NCBI RefSeq assembly: GCF_009914755.1
Contig: NC_060937.1
Length of the DNA: 64,000 bases
Reading direction: 5' to 3' (one strand)
DNA from: the human T2T-CHM13v2.0 reference genome, Homo sapiens
Shown here piece by piece: positions 1 through 13,650 of this stretch. Numbering within the stretch: the stretch's first letter is position 1; each line of letters opens with the position of its first letter. The notes below the pieces were generated by a model that was not told the DNA's origin, made no database searches, and saw only the letters and a program-made list of their open reading frames with translations. Made by a program: the position numbers and the translations under genes.

Positions 1-523
1 CTCATTACTTATGCAAATTTTTGCTTGAATTTCTCCTCAGAAAAGAGGTTTTTCTTTTCTATTGCATTATCAGGCTGCAAATGCTGTTTCCCTTCTGAAA
101 CTGAAAGCTTTTAACAGCACCCAGGTCGTCTCTTGAATGCTTTGCTGCTTAGAAGTTTCTTCTGCTAGATATCCTAAATCATCTCCCTCAAGTTCAAAGT
201 TCCACAGATATCTAGGGCAGGGGCAAAATGCTGCCAGCCTCTTTGCTAAAACAGTAAGAGTCACCTTTACTCCAGTTCCCAACAAGTTCCTTATCTCCAT
301 CTGAGACCACCTCAGCCTGGATTTCATTGTCCATTTCACTATCAGCATTTTGGTCAAAGCCACTCAACAAGTCTCTAGGAAGTTCAAAACTTTTCCACAT
401 TTTCCTGTCTTCTTCTGAACCCTCCAAACTGTTCCAACTTCTGCCTTTTACCCAGTTCCAAAGTCGCTTCCACATTTTCAGGTATCTTTTCAGCAATGCC
501 CCACTCTATTGATACCAATTTAC
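1..523 (-). mobile_element. THE1 (ERVL-MaLR) internal sequence, continues off the left edge of the window
   Basis: Reverse strand begins gtaaattggtatcaatagagtgggg right after the LTR. ORF remnants at 212..496 and 70..363 (ELPRDLLSGFDQNADSEMDNEIQAEV...) are typical THE1-int translations and closely match 25852..26127. Confidence 0.9.
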
Positions 524-885
524 TGTATTAGTCCATTTTCATGCTGTTGATAAAGACATACCTGAGACTGGATAATTTAAAAAGAAAAAGAGATTTAATG
601 GACTCACTGTTCCACAGGGTTGAGGAGGCCTCAAAATCATGGTAGAAGGTGAAAAGCATATCTTACGTGGTGGCACGTAAGAGAGAATCAGAGCCAAGCA
701 AAAGGGGAAACCCCTTATACAAACATCAGATTGAATGAGACTTATTCACTACTGTGAGAACAGTATGGGGGAAACTGCCCCAATGATTCAATTATCTCCC
801 ATCGGGTCCCTCCCACAACATGTGGGAATTATGGGAGCTGAAATTCAAGATGAGATTAGGGTGGGGTTAAAGCCAAACCATATCA
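524..885 (-). mobile_element. THE1 LTR (THE1B/C-like), 5' LTR of a minus-strand provirus
   Basis: Reverse complement runs tgatatggtttggc...ctaataca, the canonical THE1 termini; about 360 bp. Confidence 0.92.
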
Positions 886-1291
886 TCTATCAACTGATGA
901 ATGGATAAACAAATTGTGCTATATTCACACAAAGAATATTATTCAGCAATTAAAGGAATTAATTATTGAAGTATGATACAAAATGAATGAACCCTGAAAA
1001 CATTACACTAAGTGAAAGAAGCCAATTATGAAAAACCATACATTATATGATTCCATTTATATGAAATGTTCAGAGCAGGCAAATTCATAGACAGAAAATA
1101 GATAATGGTGCCTAGGGCTGGAGAGGGTATTAGGACTGTCTGTAATTGGTACATGGTTTTTGTAGGAGTGATTGATGTGTTTTAAACTTAGATTGTGGGG
1201 TGGTTGCATAATTCTGTTAATATACTAAAATCATTTAATAGTATACTTTAAATGGGTGAATTTTATGGTACATGAATTATATCTCAGTAAG
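886..1291 (+). mobile_element. Old L1 3' end (L1MB/L1ME type), probable host of the THE1 insertion
   Basis: Contains tcaactgatgaatggataaacaaa, ctaagtgaaagaagcca, tatgattccatttatatgaaatg and gaattatatctca, all typical of the L1MB/ME 3' UTR. Confidence 0.8.
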
Positions 1292-2419
1292 TATGCTAAA
1301 ATGTCCCTACTTTATACACTCCTCAATATTTAAGTTTTCATTTCTCTTAATCCCAAGACAATGTTATTTTTAAAATAATTTTTTAAAAATGATTTTACTA
1401 TGGGCAAAATTTAAAGGTAGTATTCTTGCATACTCATCTTGCAAAGTGTAACTACTTTGGATTATATATTTTTCTCTAAACATCTTTATGTCTGAGGATT
1501 TTTTTTTTTTTTTTACTTTTTGCTAGTTCAGTAGGAGGAATTTGGCAATGTAAATATATCATGGGTGAGAGTTATGGAAATGACTATTTTGAAACACAGT
1601 AAAAAATGTATACTTTCGCATGATGCTATTCAGACCCAAAATCATTTTCATGCATAAATGTCTTCCTGATAGCTGCCATAAATAGCTTTTTAAAAAATTT
1701 TCAAACCAGGATATTTAAATCAAATATTCTGTATACATTTGTTTAAAACATGATTTTTGTTTTAGGTATTTATTTAAAACATTTATTTAAAAACGTGATT
1801 TTTGACAATATATAATGAAAGCTCTATTTATATGCCATAAATTAATAGAATTATGTCAGCCTTGTAGTTCTATTAAAGCATGTGGATGAAAGTATTTTTT
1901 CCGTTTTCTTAACCAATAATCACTTGAACAAATGAGTATAGTGAAAAAAGAATGGAGATTGACAAAAAGACGTCTAGGACTTTTTATGATGAAAGTGTCA
2001 AGTTAAAAGTTTAATTCCTCATTCACAGAAATGACTGCAAGTGAAGATGAAAATGAAAATTAATTTTGCATCTTGGGAAAATGCTTAACAATTACATGGC
2101 TAAACATAACAGTAAATTGCCAATTGAAAGAATGTGGGCCAAGGAAGGGATTAGTAAAAGTATTGAAGGTTGATATAGAAATATAACTAGAAGTTTAATT
2201 TGTACTTATAAAGGATGGTAAGGTTTAAGGATGGATTTCACTCAATTTTGAAAAATGTTATTAATGAAATTAACATTTAAATTAATATTTAAAAATGTGT
2301 GTGTCAGATGCCTTAGCAGACCATCCACAATCCTCTTCAACTTTATCTCCTCTTTTTTCCTATGTTAACAGCAACAACCATGATGACAGCTTCAACCATG
2401 ACAACTTCTTGCAATTGTA

Positions 2420-2635
2420 TGGTATTTTCCACATGCCAAAAGCAGTGTAAAACTCTATACAATGACATATGTTATTCAATCCTTACCCAAAAATCTGAGG
2501 TGAATACCGTTGCTATCCTCATTTTCAAAATGAGTAAAATAGAAGTGTTGGAAGATTAAGCGACCTGACCAAAATTACCAAGGCAGTAAATATTGGAGCT
2601 GTATTCAAATCCAGCTTTTCTGACACCAAAGTCTG
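2420..2635 (-). mobile_element. MIR SINE
   Basis: MIR core in reverse: atcctcattttcaaaatgagtaaaatagaag...attcaaatccagcttttctgacaccaaagtc. Confidence 0.7.
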
Positions 2636-5395
2636 CAGCTTCTAAGGCTTTCCAAGTATATGGACCTATTTATAATTCTTTGGACAAGTTTCATTATTTC
2701 GTATCTTGCGCAAACTTTCATTCTGCCTGTAATGTTCTTTCTTACTGTTCCCTTGATAGACTAAAACTTTTATCGTGCAAGAACAAATCTCTTATGTGTT
2801 CTTCTCTGTTAAGCTTTCTGTGACTCAACCAAGCAGAATTGATGACACTCTCCTTTGTACTCCCATTGGTTCTGGTCCAAACTGCTCATCTTCCCTTAAC
2901 CTGCTATAGTGCAATTACTTATATTCACATCCATCCAGAACATAATGAGCATACAACATCTGCTGTTAAATGAATGAAGGGATGAGCAAATGAGTGCCCT
3001 GCAAGCATAAAACATCATGCTATTGTGACTGGAAATATGAAATTACTACAACACTCAATGAAAGTTGCTAATTTAAACTATCAGGTTTTAGGGCACATTG
3101 TGATTACTTGACAGAAGTGATTACAGAAAAGGATCATGGAAATAATTTATTCACATTAGTGGGGCTGACTTACTGGCATATTTTTTTTTTCTTTGTGTTT
3201 TGTTACACGTATTCTCTCTGTCACCTTGTCAGACTTCTTCCCTCCTTTCAACTTAGGGTTAATTATTGATTAGGAACATAAAGACAAAAACATTTTTAAA
3301 TGGAGGAAACAAAAGAATATAACAACTTTTTATGTATTTGTACATAGTAAAAAAGTTCTTAGTTTGAGACTAACCTTTGCCCATTTAAGATTAATACATG
3401 TGTGAGCCTGACTAGAAGAATGCATGAGTTGGCCAAAATGGAGCCTTCTTGAAAAATATCACCCAATAGGAAGAAAGGGTGAGACTTTGACATGTGACAG
3501 TTCCTCCAACTGTATCTGGAGTATTCGCAAGAGAAGGGCAACCATAATAACAACACTGGCACTCCAATTGGTCCTAATAAACCCGTTCGTGGTCTTATAT
3601 GTGAATCCTAGGGAGAGTGAAGATAGTAAATACAACCCGAAAAGGCTATTTCACTAAAATACTCTAATCAGTACTTAAAATATATTGCAGACATTTTTTA
3701 AGAGCCAAGCAATGTAGTAACATTAAGGCAAGGAAGAGAATAAGCTTCCTTCCTCTTTGGTAGAAAGTATACAGTGCTTTGATTTTTTATTTTAAATGCT
3801 CTTAGTGTGATCACACTATGTTGAAATAGCCAACATATTATTACAAGGATACAGCAAACCTTCAGCAGAGGAGGTAATAGCAGTCTTAGTGGATTTGATT
3901 GGACTTAGTGGACTTTAAGGACGTAGTGGGAATCAAGGTTTCATTATTTGTGAGAGTTAAAGCCAGTAGAGTGCATGTAATTCTAGGCTTTGTGTGGAAG
4001 AGATGACCAAGGTCCTGGGTCTTTGACGATGGTGGGAATCATAGAATTCAAACAGGAAAGGGGAAAATGATGTGTTTTTACCATCCCCATTTTGGGAGTG
4101 TTTCTCAAAAAAAAAAGCCTAAGGAAAATAAGGTGCTACATGGAAGCAGGGTGAATCTGTTTATGTGGGCAAGTGTAATTGTGTGAGGGATGGTGGGGAG
4201 ATGAAAGCCATGGTGTGAATAATTTAGTGGTTCTTACCAGAGGCAGATAACTATTGATGATACCATTAATTGTAATAACATTAAAGTGGACTGAAGAAAC
4301 ACCATTGATACATTGCCCTTCTCCGTATTCTGCGTGCATTATTTATTATTTAACTTCAGAAAGAGGTTGTATACCTGGGTATTTTCATGCAATCTGTAAA
4401 ATGAAAGAGCACCACAGGTTTACTGATGTAATAATAATTATAAGACTTTGCCATGATTTACATCTATTTTACTATTTATTATATCACTGGCTTTCTTTTA
4501 AAAATGAATTTTTATCAAAGTCCTCCCCCCACCTGTGTTTCCTCCCTCCATGCATTCCTTTTCTGCAATGGAATGAAGTGAAATGCTAAGATTATGGTGT
4601 GAAAACTTATTGTAATAGCTTTATGAGGTAGCCAACCACTTCACCATTTCATTCCAGTGTTAAAGTTCTTCTCTGGTGGTACATTAAGCTCCAAAGGAAG
4701 CATTATTATCTTTTTAGGCTTCAGGATCCTAACCTTGCTAAATTTATTGTTTACTTGAGGGTAATGATACAAGTCAAGTAATAAATACAGATGAGAAGAG
4801 AGAAGCATCTCAAGTTATTTTTGTCTTATCATTTTAGACAATCAGATATACAATAAATAGTAAAACTTGGGTAAAAATAAATAAATAAATGGCACATCAT
4901 GTTCGTAAGAGGTTCTGTTGAAGATCCAGGGCTTTCAAGTTACTAAAGCCTAATGAGTCATTCAGTGGTTTGTTCTGACTTGAAAGCATCTAAGATTTGT
5001 TAAGTACTACATTCACATCTTGGATTATCTGTTCCCTTTGGAAGAGGCTAACCTATTTTCATTAGGCATTTTTCCTTTTCCCCCTTTTTTTTTTTTTTTT
5101 TTTTTTTTTGATAGGTACTCTAAAACAGGAATAAGGATAATGTTAGGTGGGCAAGAATTTCTGCATCTTCAATTTGTAAAATTTGCCAAAGATAAGAATG
5201 TCATGGGAAAATAAATAAAGATACATGGTATAATTACTTCTTAATAGCTATGTTCAGTATCTTAGTTGTAAAATGATTAAAACAAGTAAATTTTACCATC
5301 ACTATAACACTGTGCAGTCAACACTCTTCTTTCAGTATAGAAAAAATCATTAAAATAATTTATAAGGGATGATAACTACTCAACTTCTCATATTT

Positions 5396-5737
<342 letters not shown>

Positions 5738-6684
5738 AACTTCTCATATTTTCATTTGGCAAGGACTTTCAAAATGTAAATAACACCTTGTAACCTTCCA
5801 GTATGATCTACCACCATCAAGACAGGAAAGAAATGAACAGGGAATGTGATTAGTTTACAGAGTCCTTAGAATGAAATTTATGGGTGTCCCAGTTTGATCA
5901 TTATTAACAAGGTAGCCCCTTTGCCTGGTGGGGTGTTTGTTTTTCCTGACAAGTCTATTAGTTAAATATTATTTGATATTTGCTGGGTGTAATTTATCTT
6001 GAGACCCAGCCTGGGTTGGGGGTTGTATTACTTTGCATTTTGTTTGTTTGGTTGTCATTTTACTTTAGAAACAGGATTGCATATCTGACAAGATATTTGT
6101 TTATGTACTCAGTTACTAATTCTCTATAATTGCAAAAGGCAAAGGGTATAATCTCAACTCAGCATGAGAAGCTCTGTGCGCAAGAGCATTTAGAACCAGA
6201 AAGAACCAAAGTATTTTGCTTTGAGATAAGAGCAACTATGTCTCAATATTTTTAATTAGTTATGTTTTCATCAGATAAGGAAAACACATATTTGACACGT
6301 TTTGTTATAAAATTTTAGGGTAAAAGGTAATTGAAAGGATGCAATCATCTTACAGACAAACTATTTCAGCCAGTGTTAACTTGATGTTACATAAGGAAGA
6401 TGTCAAACTTTGTTTGAAACTTCTGCTAGCACTTAGATGAAAAATAAGCATTTTTATATTTGTCGAATTTTAACCAGTTTATTTTTTTGTGGTATTTTAT
6501 TGATGATCTATTATTGATGAAGTATATTATTGATGATCAAAAATAGTGCTTGCTTTACATATATGTCTTAAAGTCCCAATGTATACTAGGCACTGTTATA
6601 ATTCCTAGGATATATAAACAAGTGAAGTGTAGTATTTGACCCTAAATATGTCATACATTCTGAAATCTGATAAAAGCCTTCACT

Positions 6685-6864
6685 TCAAATTCTGGTTTAG
6701 CCACTTTTGAGCCATATATTTTTTAATTGTTCTGATTCTTAGTTTCCTATAAAATGGAGATACTAATAATATTTACTTTATGGGATTGTCATGAGAACTA
6801 AAAGAGATAATTCATGTTAAGCACTTTCCAAACTGCTTGAAATATAATAGGAACTCAATAGATA
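6685..6864 (+). mobile_element. MIR SINE
   Basis: cttagtttcctataaaatggagatactaata...gggattgtcatgagaactaaaagagataattcatgttaagcact...ctcaata matches the MIR core and 3' part. Confidence 0.75.
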
Positions 6865-6867
6865 CCA

Positions 6868-8633
6868 GGTTTTGATTTGCCTTTTCCTAATGATGAATGA
6901 TAAGAGCACATTTTCGTATACCTTTTGACCATTTCTATGTCTGCTTTGGAAAACTATTCAGGTCCTTTGCCTATTTTAAAATCAGGTGATTTGTTTTTTG
7001 GTCATTGAGTTGTGTGAGTTCCTTATATAATATATTTTGGATATTAGCCCCTTTTTAGAAATGTGTTCTGCAAATATCTTTTCCCAATCCAGAGGTTTTT
7101 CTGTTTCCTTTGCTAAGCAGTTTTTTAGTTTGATATAGGCCAGCTTGTTTATTTTTGCTTTTGTTGTCTGACCTTTTGGTGTCATATCCAAAAAGACACT
7201 GCCATGGCTAATGTAAAGGAGCTTTTCACCTGTATTTTTTTCTAGGAGTTTTATAAGTTTTGGGTCTTACACTTAAGTCTTTAATTCATTTTGAGTTGAT
7301 ATTTGTGTATGGTGAAATATAAGGGTCTAATTTCATTCTTTTGCGCAGTGATATCTAGTTTCCCCAGCACCACTTGCTTAAGAAACTGTCCTTTCTCCAA
7401 TGTGTATTCTTGTCACACTTGTGAAAATTAGTTGACCATATATGCTTGAGTTTATTTGTAAACTCTCTTGTGTTCCATTGGTCTATGTGTCTGTTTCTAT
7501 ACTAGCACCGTAATGTTTTGAATACTATAGCTTTGAAATCAGAAACTTTATTCTTCTTTCTCAAGATTGCTTTGACTATTTGGGGTTTTTTAAGCTTCCA
7601 TATAAATTTTAGAATTGTTTTCTTCTATTTCTGTAAAAAATTCATTGCAATTTTGATAGGAATTGTGTTGAATCTGTAAATCACTTTGGGTAGTGTGGAC
7701 ATGTTAATAATACTCATTCTTCTAGTCTGTGAACATGGGTTGTTATTCCATTTATTTGTGTCTTCAATTTTTTCATTAATATTTTATAGTTTTCAAGTGT
7801 ACAAATTTTTCACTTCTTTTGTTAAATCTATTTCTAAGTACTTTATTCTTTTTGATGCTATCTTAAATGTAATTATTCTCTTTTCTTTTTAGCTAAATCA
7901 TTATTGGTATAAAGAAACGCTACTGTCCAGTGCAGCAGTTCATGCCTGTAATCCCAGCGCATTATGAGGTGGAGGCAGATAGATCATTTGAGCCCAGGAG
8001 TTCAAGACCAGCCTGGGAAACATGTTGAAACTCTGTCTCAACAAAAAAAATACAAAAATTAGCTGGCATGATGGCTCATACCTGTAATCCCAACTACTCT
8101 GGAGGCTGAAGTGGGAGGATTGATTGAACCCTAGAAGTCAAGGCTACAATGAGCTGTGATTTCACCATTTCCCTCCAGCCTGGGTGAAGATTGAGAATCT
8201 ATCTCACACAAAGAAAATGCTACTAATTTTTATATGTTGATTTCGTATCTGGCAATATTACTAAATTTGTTTATTACTTGTAAGATTTTTTTGGTGAAAT
8301 CTTTAGGGTTTTCTAGATATACAATTATGTCATCTTCAAAGAAAGAAAATTTTACTTCTTTCTTTCAAATTTGGATGCCTTTTGTTTCTTTCTCTTGTCT
8401 GATTGTTCTGGCTAGGACTTTCAGTATTATGTTGAATAGAAGTGGTAAGAATGAGCATCCTTGTCTTGTTCTGATCTTAGAGAAAAAGCTTTCAACTCCT
8501 CACCACTATGTATGACGTTACCTGTGCGATTTTCATAAATGGCCTTTGTTGTGTTGAGGAAATTTTCTTCTATACCTACTTTATTGAGTTTTATCATGAA
8601 TAGATGTTGAACTTTGTCAAATGCTTTTACTGC
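6868..8633 (-). mobile_element. L1M/L1MA ORF2 internal fragment, truncated at both ends and split by an AluJ
   Basis: Translations MDMTPKGQTTKAKINKLAYIKLK (6982..7191) and KAFDKVQHLFMIKLNKVGIEENFLNTTKAIYE (8427..8675) match L1 ORF2p. No 3' UTR or poly-A. Confidence 0.9.
7925..8210 (+). mobile_element. AluJ inserted in the L1
   Basis: J-type features (tttgagcccaggagttcaagaccagcctggg, gtgggaggattg, gtcaaggctacaatgagctgtgat), heavy CpG decay, degenerate TSD aagaaacgctact / aagaaaatgctact. Confidence 0.9.
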
Positions 8634-10974
8634 CCCAGTTTGTAAAGAAAACAGAAGCAGGCTCAGAGAAAACAAGACCTACTGAATGTGTGTAGGAGTT
8701 GGGGCAGGAACTCAAGGTTTTCTAGAGGTTCCTTGGGCTCCCCCTTGAGGCCAGGGCTCTTACCTAGAGCATTTGTAGTTCCCAGCCCGGAGAAGGGTTC
8801 TCAGAAGCGAAAATTCCACTGAAGACAGGTTAAGTGGAAGAGGCATCTTTGAACAGCTGTAGGACTGGGTGCTGGGCTGGTAGAATGACAGCAGATTCAG
8901 GTCCTTCCAAGTCCATTAGAGGCACTCAAGTCATGGCTCCACCGGGTCCCATCCTGGAGATCACACTTGTCTGCAGCCAAGACCCCAGCAAGATCAGCCC
9001 TGCCTGACTGGCTCAGGTGCTGTGTCACTCCAGCCCTCTCCTACCGCAGCTGCAGCCCTAGCCCCAAGCACAGGTGTGGCCTGGCCCAGGCCCCAGGGTC
9101 TGCTGTCCAAGAGAAAGGGCAGGTAAGGGAGGCAGACAGTTGAGAATAGCCTCAAGACCCTAATTGAGGTATCACTATCCTGCTCTAGAAATGAAGAAAC
9201 TTGAGCTTGAAGACACAAAAAGAAATATATTTAAAGTCTCAAATGCTGCAGTGAGGGCTCCAATAATAGAATCTAGATGGTTCTGGCTTCAAGGCTGGGA
9301 CTTCAACTGCAGCCCTTGAAACCCTCTTCTTCCTGTGTGGTGGGGCCTCTTCCTTTGGGGAGCAGGACTGAAGGCTGTTGACTGGCTCTTCTCAAGCCTA
9401 AAGCTCCTGGGATAGAGCTATAGCCCCCACACTCCCACCTCTGATAGACACCTGGGCAGTGTGGGTTCCCTCAGAAATTCAGAGACAGGCTATGCCTCCT
9501 CAGGCTGGGTCACTGAGTAGGTGTGTTTAACAGCTTCCCATCCATGCACACACTCACCCCCTTCTCCCCTGTGGACCAAAGGCTGGGGAGGGCAGGAGAG
9601 TGGAGAATGCAGGCCAGAAAACTGGCATGGCATTGAGTGGCATGTGTCTAAAGGTGATGATTTCTTGCTCAGCACTGCCTACAGCTATCCCCTCTCCATC
9701 ACAAGGAGTTAACGCTGGAGAAGCCACACATTGTCCATAGGAAATATGGGCAACCTGAGGAGGGGTCCCAGGCCAGAAAAGGGGAGAGCCCTAAGATTTG
9801 TAGAAGTGCTGGACTCAAAATGTTAGTTTGCTGTTTCTACTATCTTAGTCTATTGTATCATAGTTCTAACATAGTCCCAGTCAAGTACCTCACATTGATA
9901 GAGCTGCCTTAAATCAAACTTGCAATTCTCAGTAAATTCTAGCCTTGCCATCTTCTCTCTGAGACATGGCCATAGTGCAGCAGAGATGGTGTTCTCTCCT
10001 ATGCTGGTAAATAATAAACTCAACAATCTACCAGGTTCTATTGGTGATATTTGGTAAGCCAGCATTTGGCAGTCTAAAGAAAATCTGTGTGTTGTATAAA
10101 TAGGTAAGCCAATAGCAAGAAGAGAAAAGAGAATATATCAGGATTCTATCATTTGAGAACAGAACAGCCTTAAGCCAAAAAAAGACATCTATTACTACAG
10201 ATACAATTCTGAAAGAAGCATGATTAAAATTTAATCAACAAAGAAAATTATAGAGTAGGAAGATAATGTGGGATAATGAAAAATAAAGGATATAAATAAA
10301 AGAAAGGCATACTGGAGGCACTCAATAAAATCTTAGAATATGTTGGCTAATCTAAAATTCTGAATAAAGTAAGATCTGAATGATGTTTACAAATTTCTTT
10401 CTCTCCCAGAGCTTTTTTTGTATGCGGTCCTCTCTCTTTGGATTATCTTTCTTTAGCTATTCACCTTTATGGCCTACTTAAAATGTCAAACTTCCTCTTC
10501 AGAAGGAAAGCTTTCCTGCACCTGCAAAATTGGTTTAGATGTTTCTTCTGTATGCTCCCATGATCCAGAAGATTTACACTTTGGGAATTTTAAAATTATA
10601 AATACCCTTATTCTTCATTGTCCAGGGTAGAAAATAAGAGAAACAATATGGAAGATGCTAAATTGAAGGATATGGCCTATTGTAAGAGCCAAATGGACCT
10701 GCTAACAGGACCCCACAATTAACCAGACTTATTCAGGTCTCTGAACTTGTATGCTGTCTTACAGGATGGAGGAGCAGAGGAAACCTTGGTGTCTTCCAAC
10801 TGGTAAGAAGTAGTTGAAGCTGAGCTGAACATGTCATCTGTTCTTAAATTTATCAATTAGGGTAAGTCACTCCACCTTTCTGGAAGCAAAGGGATATGGG
10901 GCCAAAAGTGTGAGTAATTGAGCTCCCTCCACCCGGATGGAAACAATGGGAATGAGGAAAATCATTCCCTTATA

Positions 10975-11140
10975 GTAGACCCAATCATGGCACTATCTAT
11001 TATGCAACTTTCTATTTTCTTGTCTCTCTTTCCTATTATATCATAAACTCCCTGAAAGATACCTCATTCTCCATTAATCTGAGCACAAATCACAGTTCTT
11101 AGTACATAAAAGTTGCTCACTAAATGTCTGAATAAATTAC
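10975..11140 (+). mobile_element. L2 3' end
   Basis: taaactccctgaaag...cacagttcttagtacataaaagttgctcactaaatgtctgaataaat resembles the L2 terminus. Confidence 0.6.
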
Positions 11141-12311
11141 AGACTATATTACTCATAATTACCATTTTACTCTTTTTCTATTTCCCATTACTCATAATAA
11201 TTAAATATTTTAGAAAACCTCAAAATATATACTTCTCTTAAGGATATGAAAATACAAGCAAAAGTAGGAGCCTACATTTCGTTTCTCAATGGTTGAAAAA
11301 CAAAGGAAAGAAACAGAAACAGAATTGATCAGAAAAGCTTTTTACTTCAGAGGTTCTCAGTGAATGTTTATTGAGGTGAAGTGAGCTCTAGAAAAAAGCA
11401 ACAGTGAGTAGCAATGGAACACGGTATTTTTTTTCTGCATCTCTCAGAAAAAAAAAGAGGTGGTTGAAAATTATTTGTCTTCCCCAAAGTGTTATATTGA
11501 CAGAAATACCTAACCCTTCTTTTGACTCCAGAAACCTGGGTCCTACCCCATTCTTTGCTGAATGTCATGTCAGCAGGTTTAGCTCTGCAGAGCTACTCTC
11601 AATATAGGATAGACAGGCATTGCGGTGATGGGAATATTCTGCCTCAAAGCCACAACATACTCTATATATTATGAGTTTAAAAAGGTTTTAGTAAGCTGTC
11701 TTAGAAAACTATTTCTGAAGGGCAAGTGTATTCAATTTTAAACATTGACCTTACAATTATACTTTTAGAGCTTAATTCTTTTATTAATTAAGGACTTGCT
11801 GTACCTTGATTTTTAATTTCTAGCTGGTTTTAATCAATTATTTTCTTCTTGTTCCCACTTCTATTATAGAAATTATTTTACAGTTTTTAAATGTTTAAAA
11901 AATAACTTGCTCTAAAAACCTTAAAGGCTTTCTGAGTATTATCTTCTGCTTTCCATAAAATGCGAATACATACTTCTTATAATTCAAGGACAATAATTTT
12001 TAAGGGAGAAAATAATTCCCCTTCAGTGTCCGTTTTTCCTTTTGTACAATGAAGGATAGAGCTTCTATCCAAACACCTTCTCTACACTTTGAGTATTCTT
12101 AAAACAATTATGCATCCTCCATAGTCATTCCTTCTTTTGGTAGAGAGTTTCCAATATGGAGAAGACACAGCATTTATTGGGTCATGTTTATTAGTAGGTG
12201 GATGTTATGACTTAAAGACTGAGGTCCATGCTTTCTACTTCCTTTTTCCCTTCCTGTGCACAGAAATGGGGCTCCCTTTTACCCCTTTCTCCATGTGGTA
12301 GCACATCCTGG

Positions 12312-12519
12312 TGTCTTAGATTCCCAACAAACAGACCCTATGGCATACATTGTTGAACAGAAGATATATTGGGAACAGCAAACTGGGAAGCAGGATGAGG
12401 AGAGAGATATTTGAAACTGATGTATTGGCAAAGAAACCTTCGTGATCCTGTGGCAGTGCTAGAGTGGAAATGGACCAGAGTTGTCCGTAATCAAAGCAAG
12501 GTTTCTGAGTCTTTGGACA
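12312..12519 (-). mobile_element. Old ERVL-type LTR fragment (LTR33/LTR16-like)
   Basis: tgtcttagattcccaacaaacagaccctatg...gatatattgggaacag resembles the reversed 3' end of these LTRs; highly diverged. Confidence 0.35.
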
Positions 12520-13152
12520 TTTTTTTTTTAAACATGATATATAAAAATGGTCTATATTTATGGTTGCAACATGATGTTTTGATCTATATATACAACGTGG
12601 AATGGATAAATCAATCTACTAAATGTATCCATTACTTCATTCTTATTATTCTTTGTGATGAAAACACATCTATTCTCTTAGCCATTTTCAAGTATACAAT
12701 GTACTGCCATTAGCTATAGTCATCATGATGTACAGTAGATCTCTTGAACTTCTTCCTATCTAACTAAAATTTTGTATCCTTTGACCAACATTTCCCCCTA
12801 CATATCTTCCATCCCAGCCTCTGGTAAGCCACATTTTTTCTCCTGATTTCTGTGAGTTTGACTTTTTTAGATTCTACATGTAAGTGAAATCCTGCAGTAT
12901 TTGTCTTACTGTGCATGGCTTATTTCACTTAACATAATGTCTTCCTAGGTTCATCTATGATGTCACGAATGACAGAATTTCCTTCTCGTTTAAAGCTGAA
13001 GAATAGTCATATATATATATCAATATATATCACATTTTCTCCATTCATTGATGGACACTTAGATTGATTCCTTATTGTTGCTATTGTGAATAAGCTGCAA
13101 TGAATGTGGAGGTGCAGATATCTCTTTGATGTACTGAATATTCATATCCTTT

Positions 13153-13506
13153 GTATGTTATGTTAGGGTTCTCTAGAGGGACAGAACTAATGAAATATAT
13201 ATGTATATATTATATACATAAACTTATATAAAAAACTTGTAGTCTGATGTTCAAGGGCAGGAAGCATCCAGCACAGGAGAAAGATGTAAGCTGGGAGGCT
13301 AAGCCACTCTCTTTTCACATTTTTCTACCTGCTTTATATTCTAACCATGATGGCAGCTGATTAGATTGTGTACACCCAGATTAAGGGTGGGTCTGCCTTT
13401 CCCAGCCCACTGACTCAAATGTTAATCTCCTTTGGCAACACCTTCACAGACACACCCAGGATCAATACTTTATATCCTTCAATACAATCAGGTTGACAGT
13501 ATTAAT

Positions 13507-13511
<5 letters not shown>
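13153..13511 (-). mobile_element. MLT2A1-like solo LTR (HERVL), probably with an internal deletion
   Basis: agggttctctagagggacagaactaat...gatgttcaagggcaggaagcatccagcac...ctttggcaacaccttcacagacacacccaggatcaatactt are MLT2A hallmarks. Confidence 0.88.
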
Positions 13512-13554
<43 letters not shown>

Positions 13555-13650
13555 GTATATATATGCCTATGTGTATATGTATATGTATATATGTATATGT
13601 ATATATGTTTGTGTGTGTGTGTGTATATATATATACACACACACACACAC
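13511..13650. repeat. Compound (TA)n/(TATG)n/(TG)n/(CA)n microsatellite
   Basis: Directly visible. Confidence 0.95.

Noticed and set aside
70-496. ORFs near-identical to 25852..26127 that look like a duplicated gene
   Set aside because: Both are decayed THE1 internal sequence from independent insertions, broken by stops and frameshifts.
10765-10802. 38-nt AG...GTAAGA-bounded micro-exon candidate
   Set aside because: Short, frame-shifting, weak pyrimidine tract and no other support; expected by chance.
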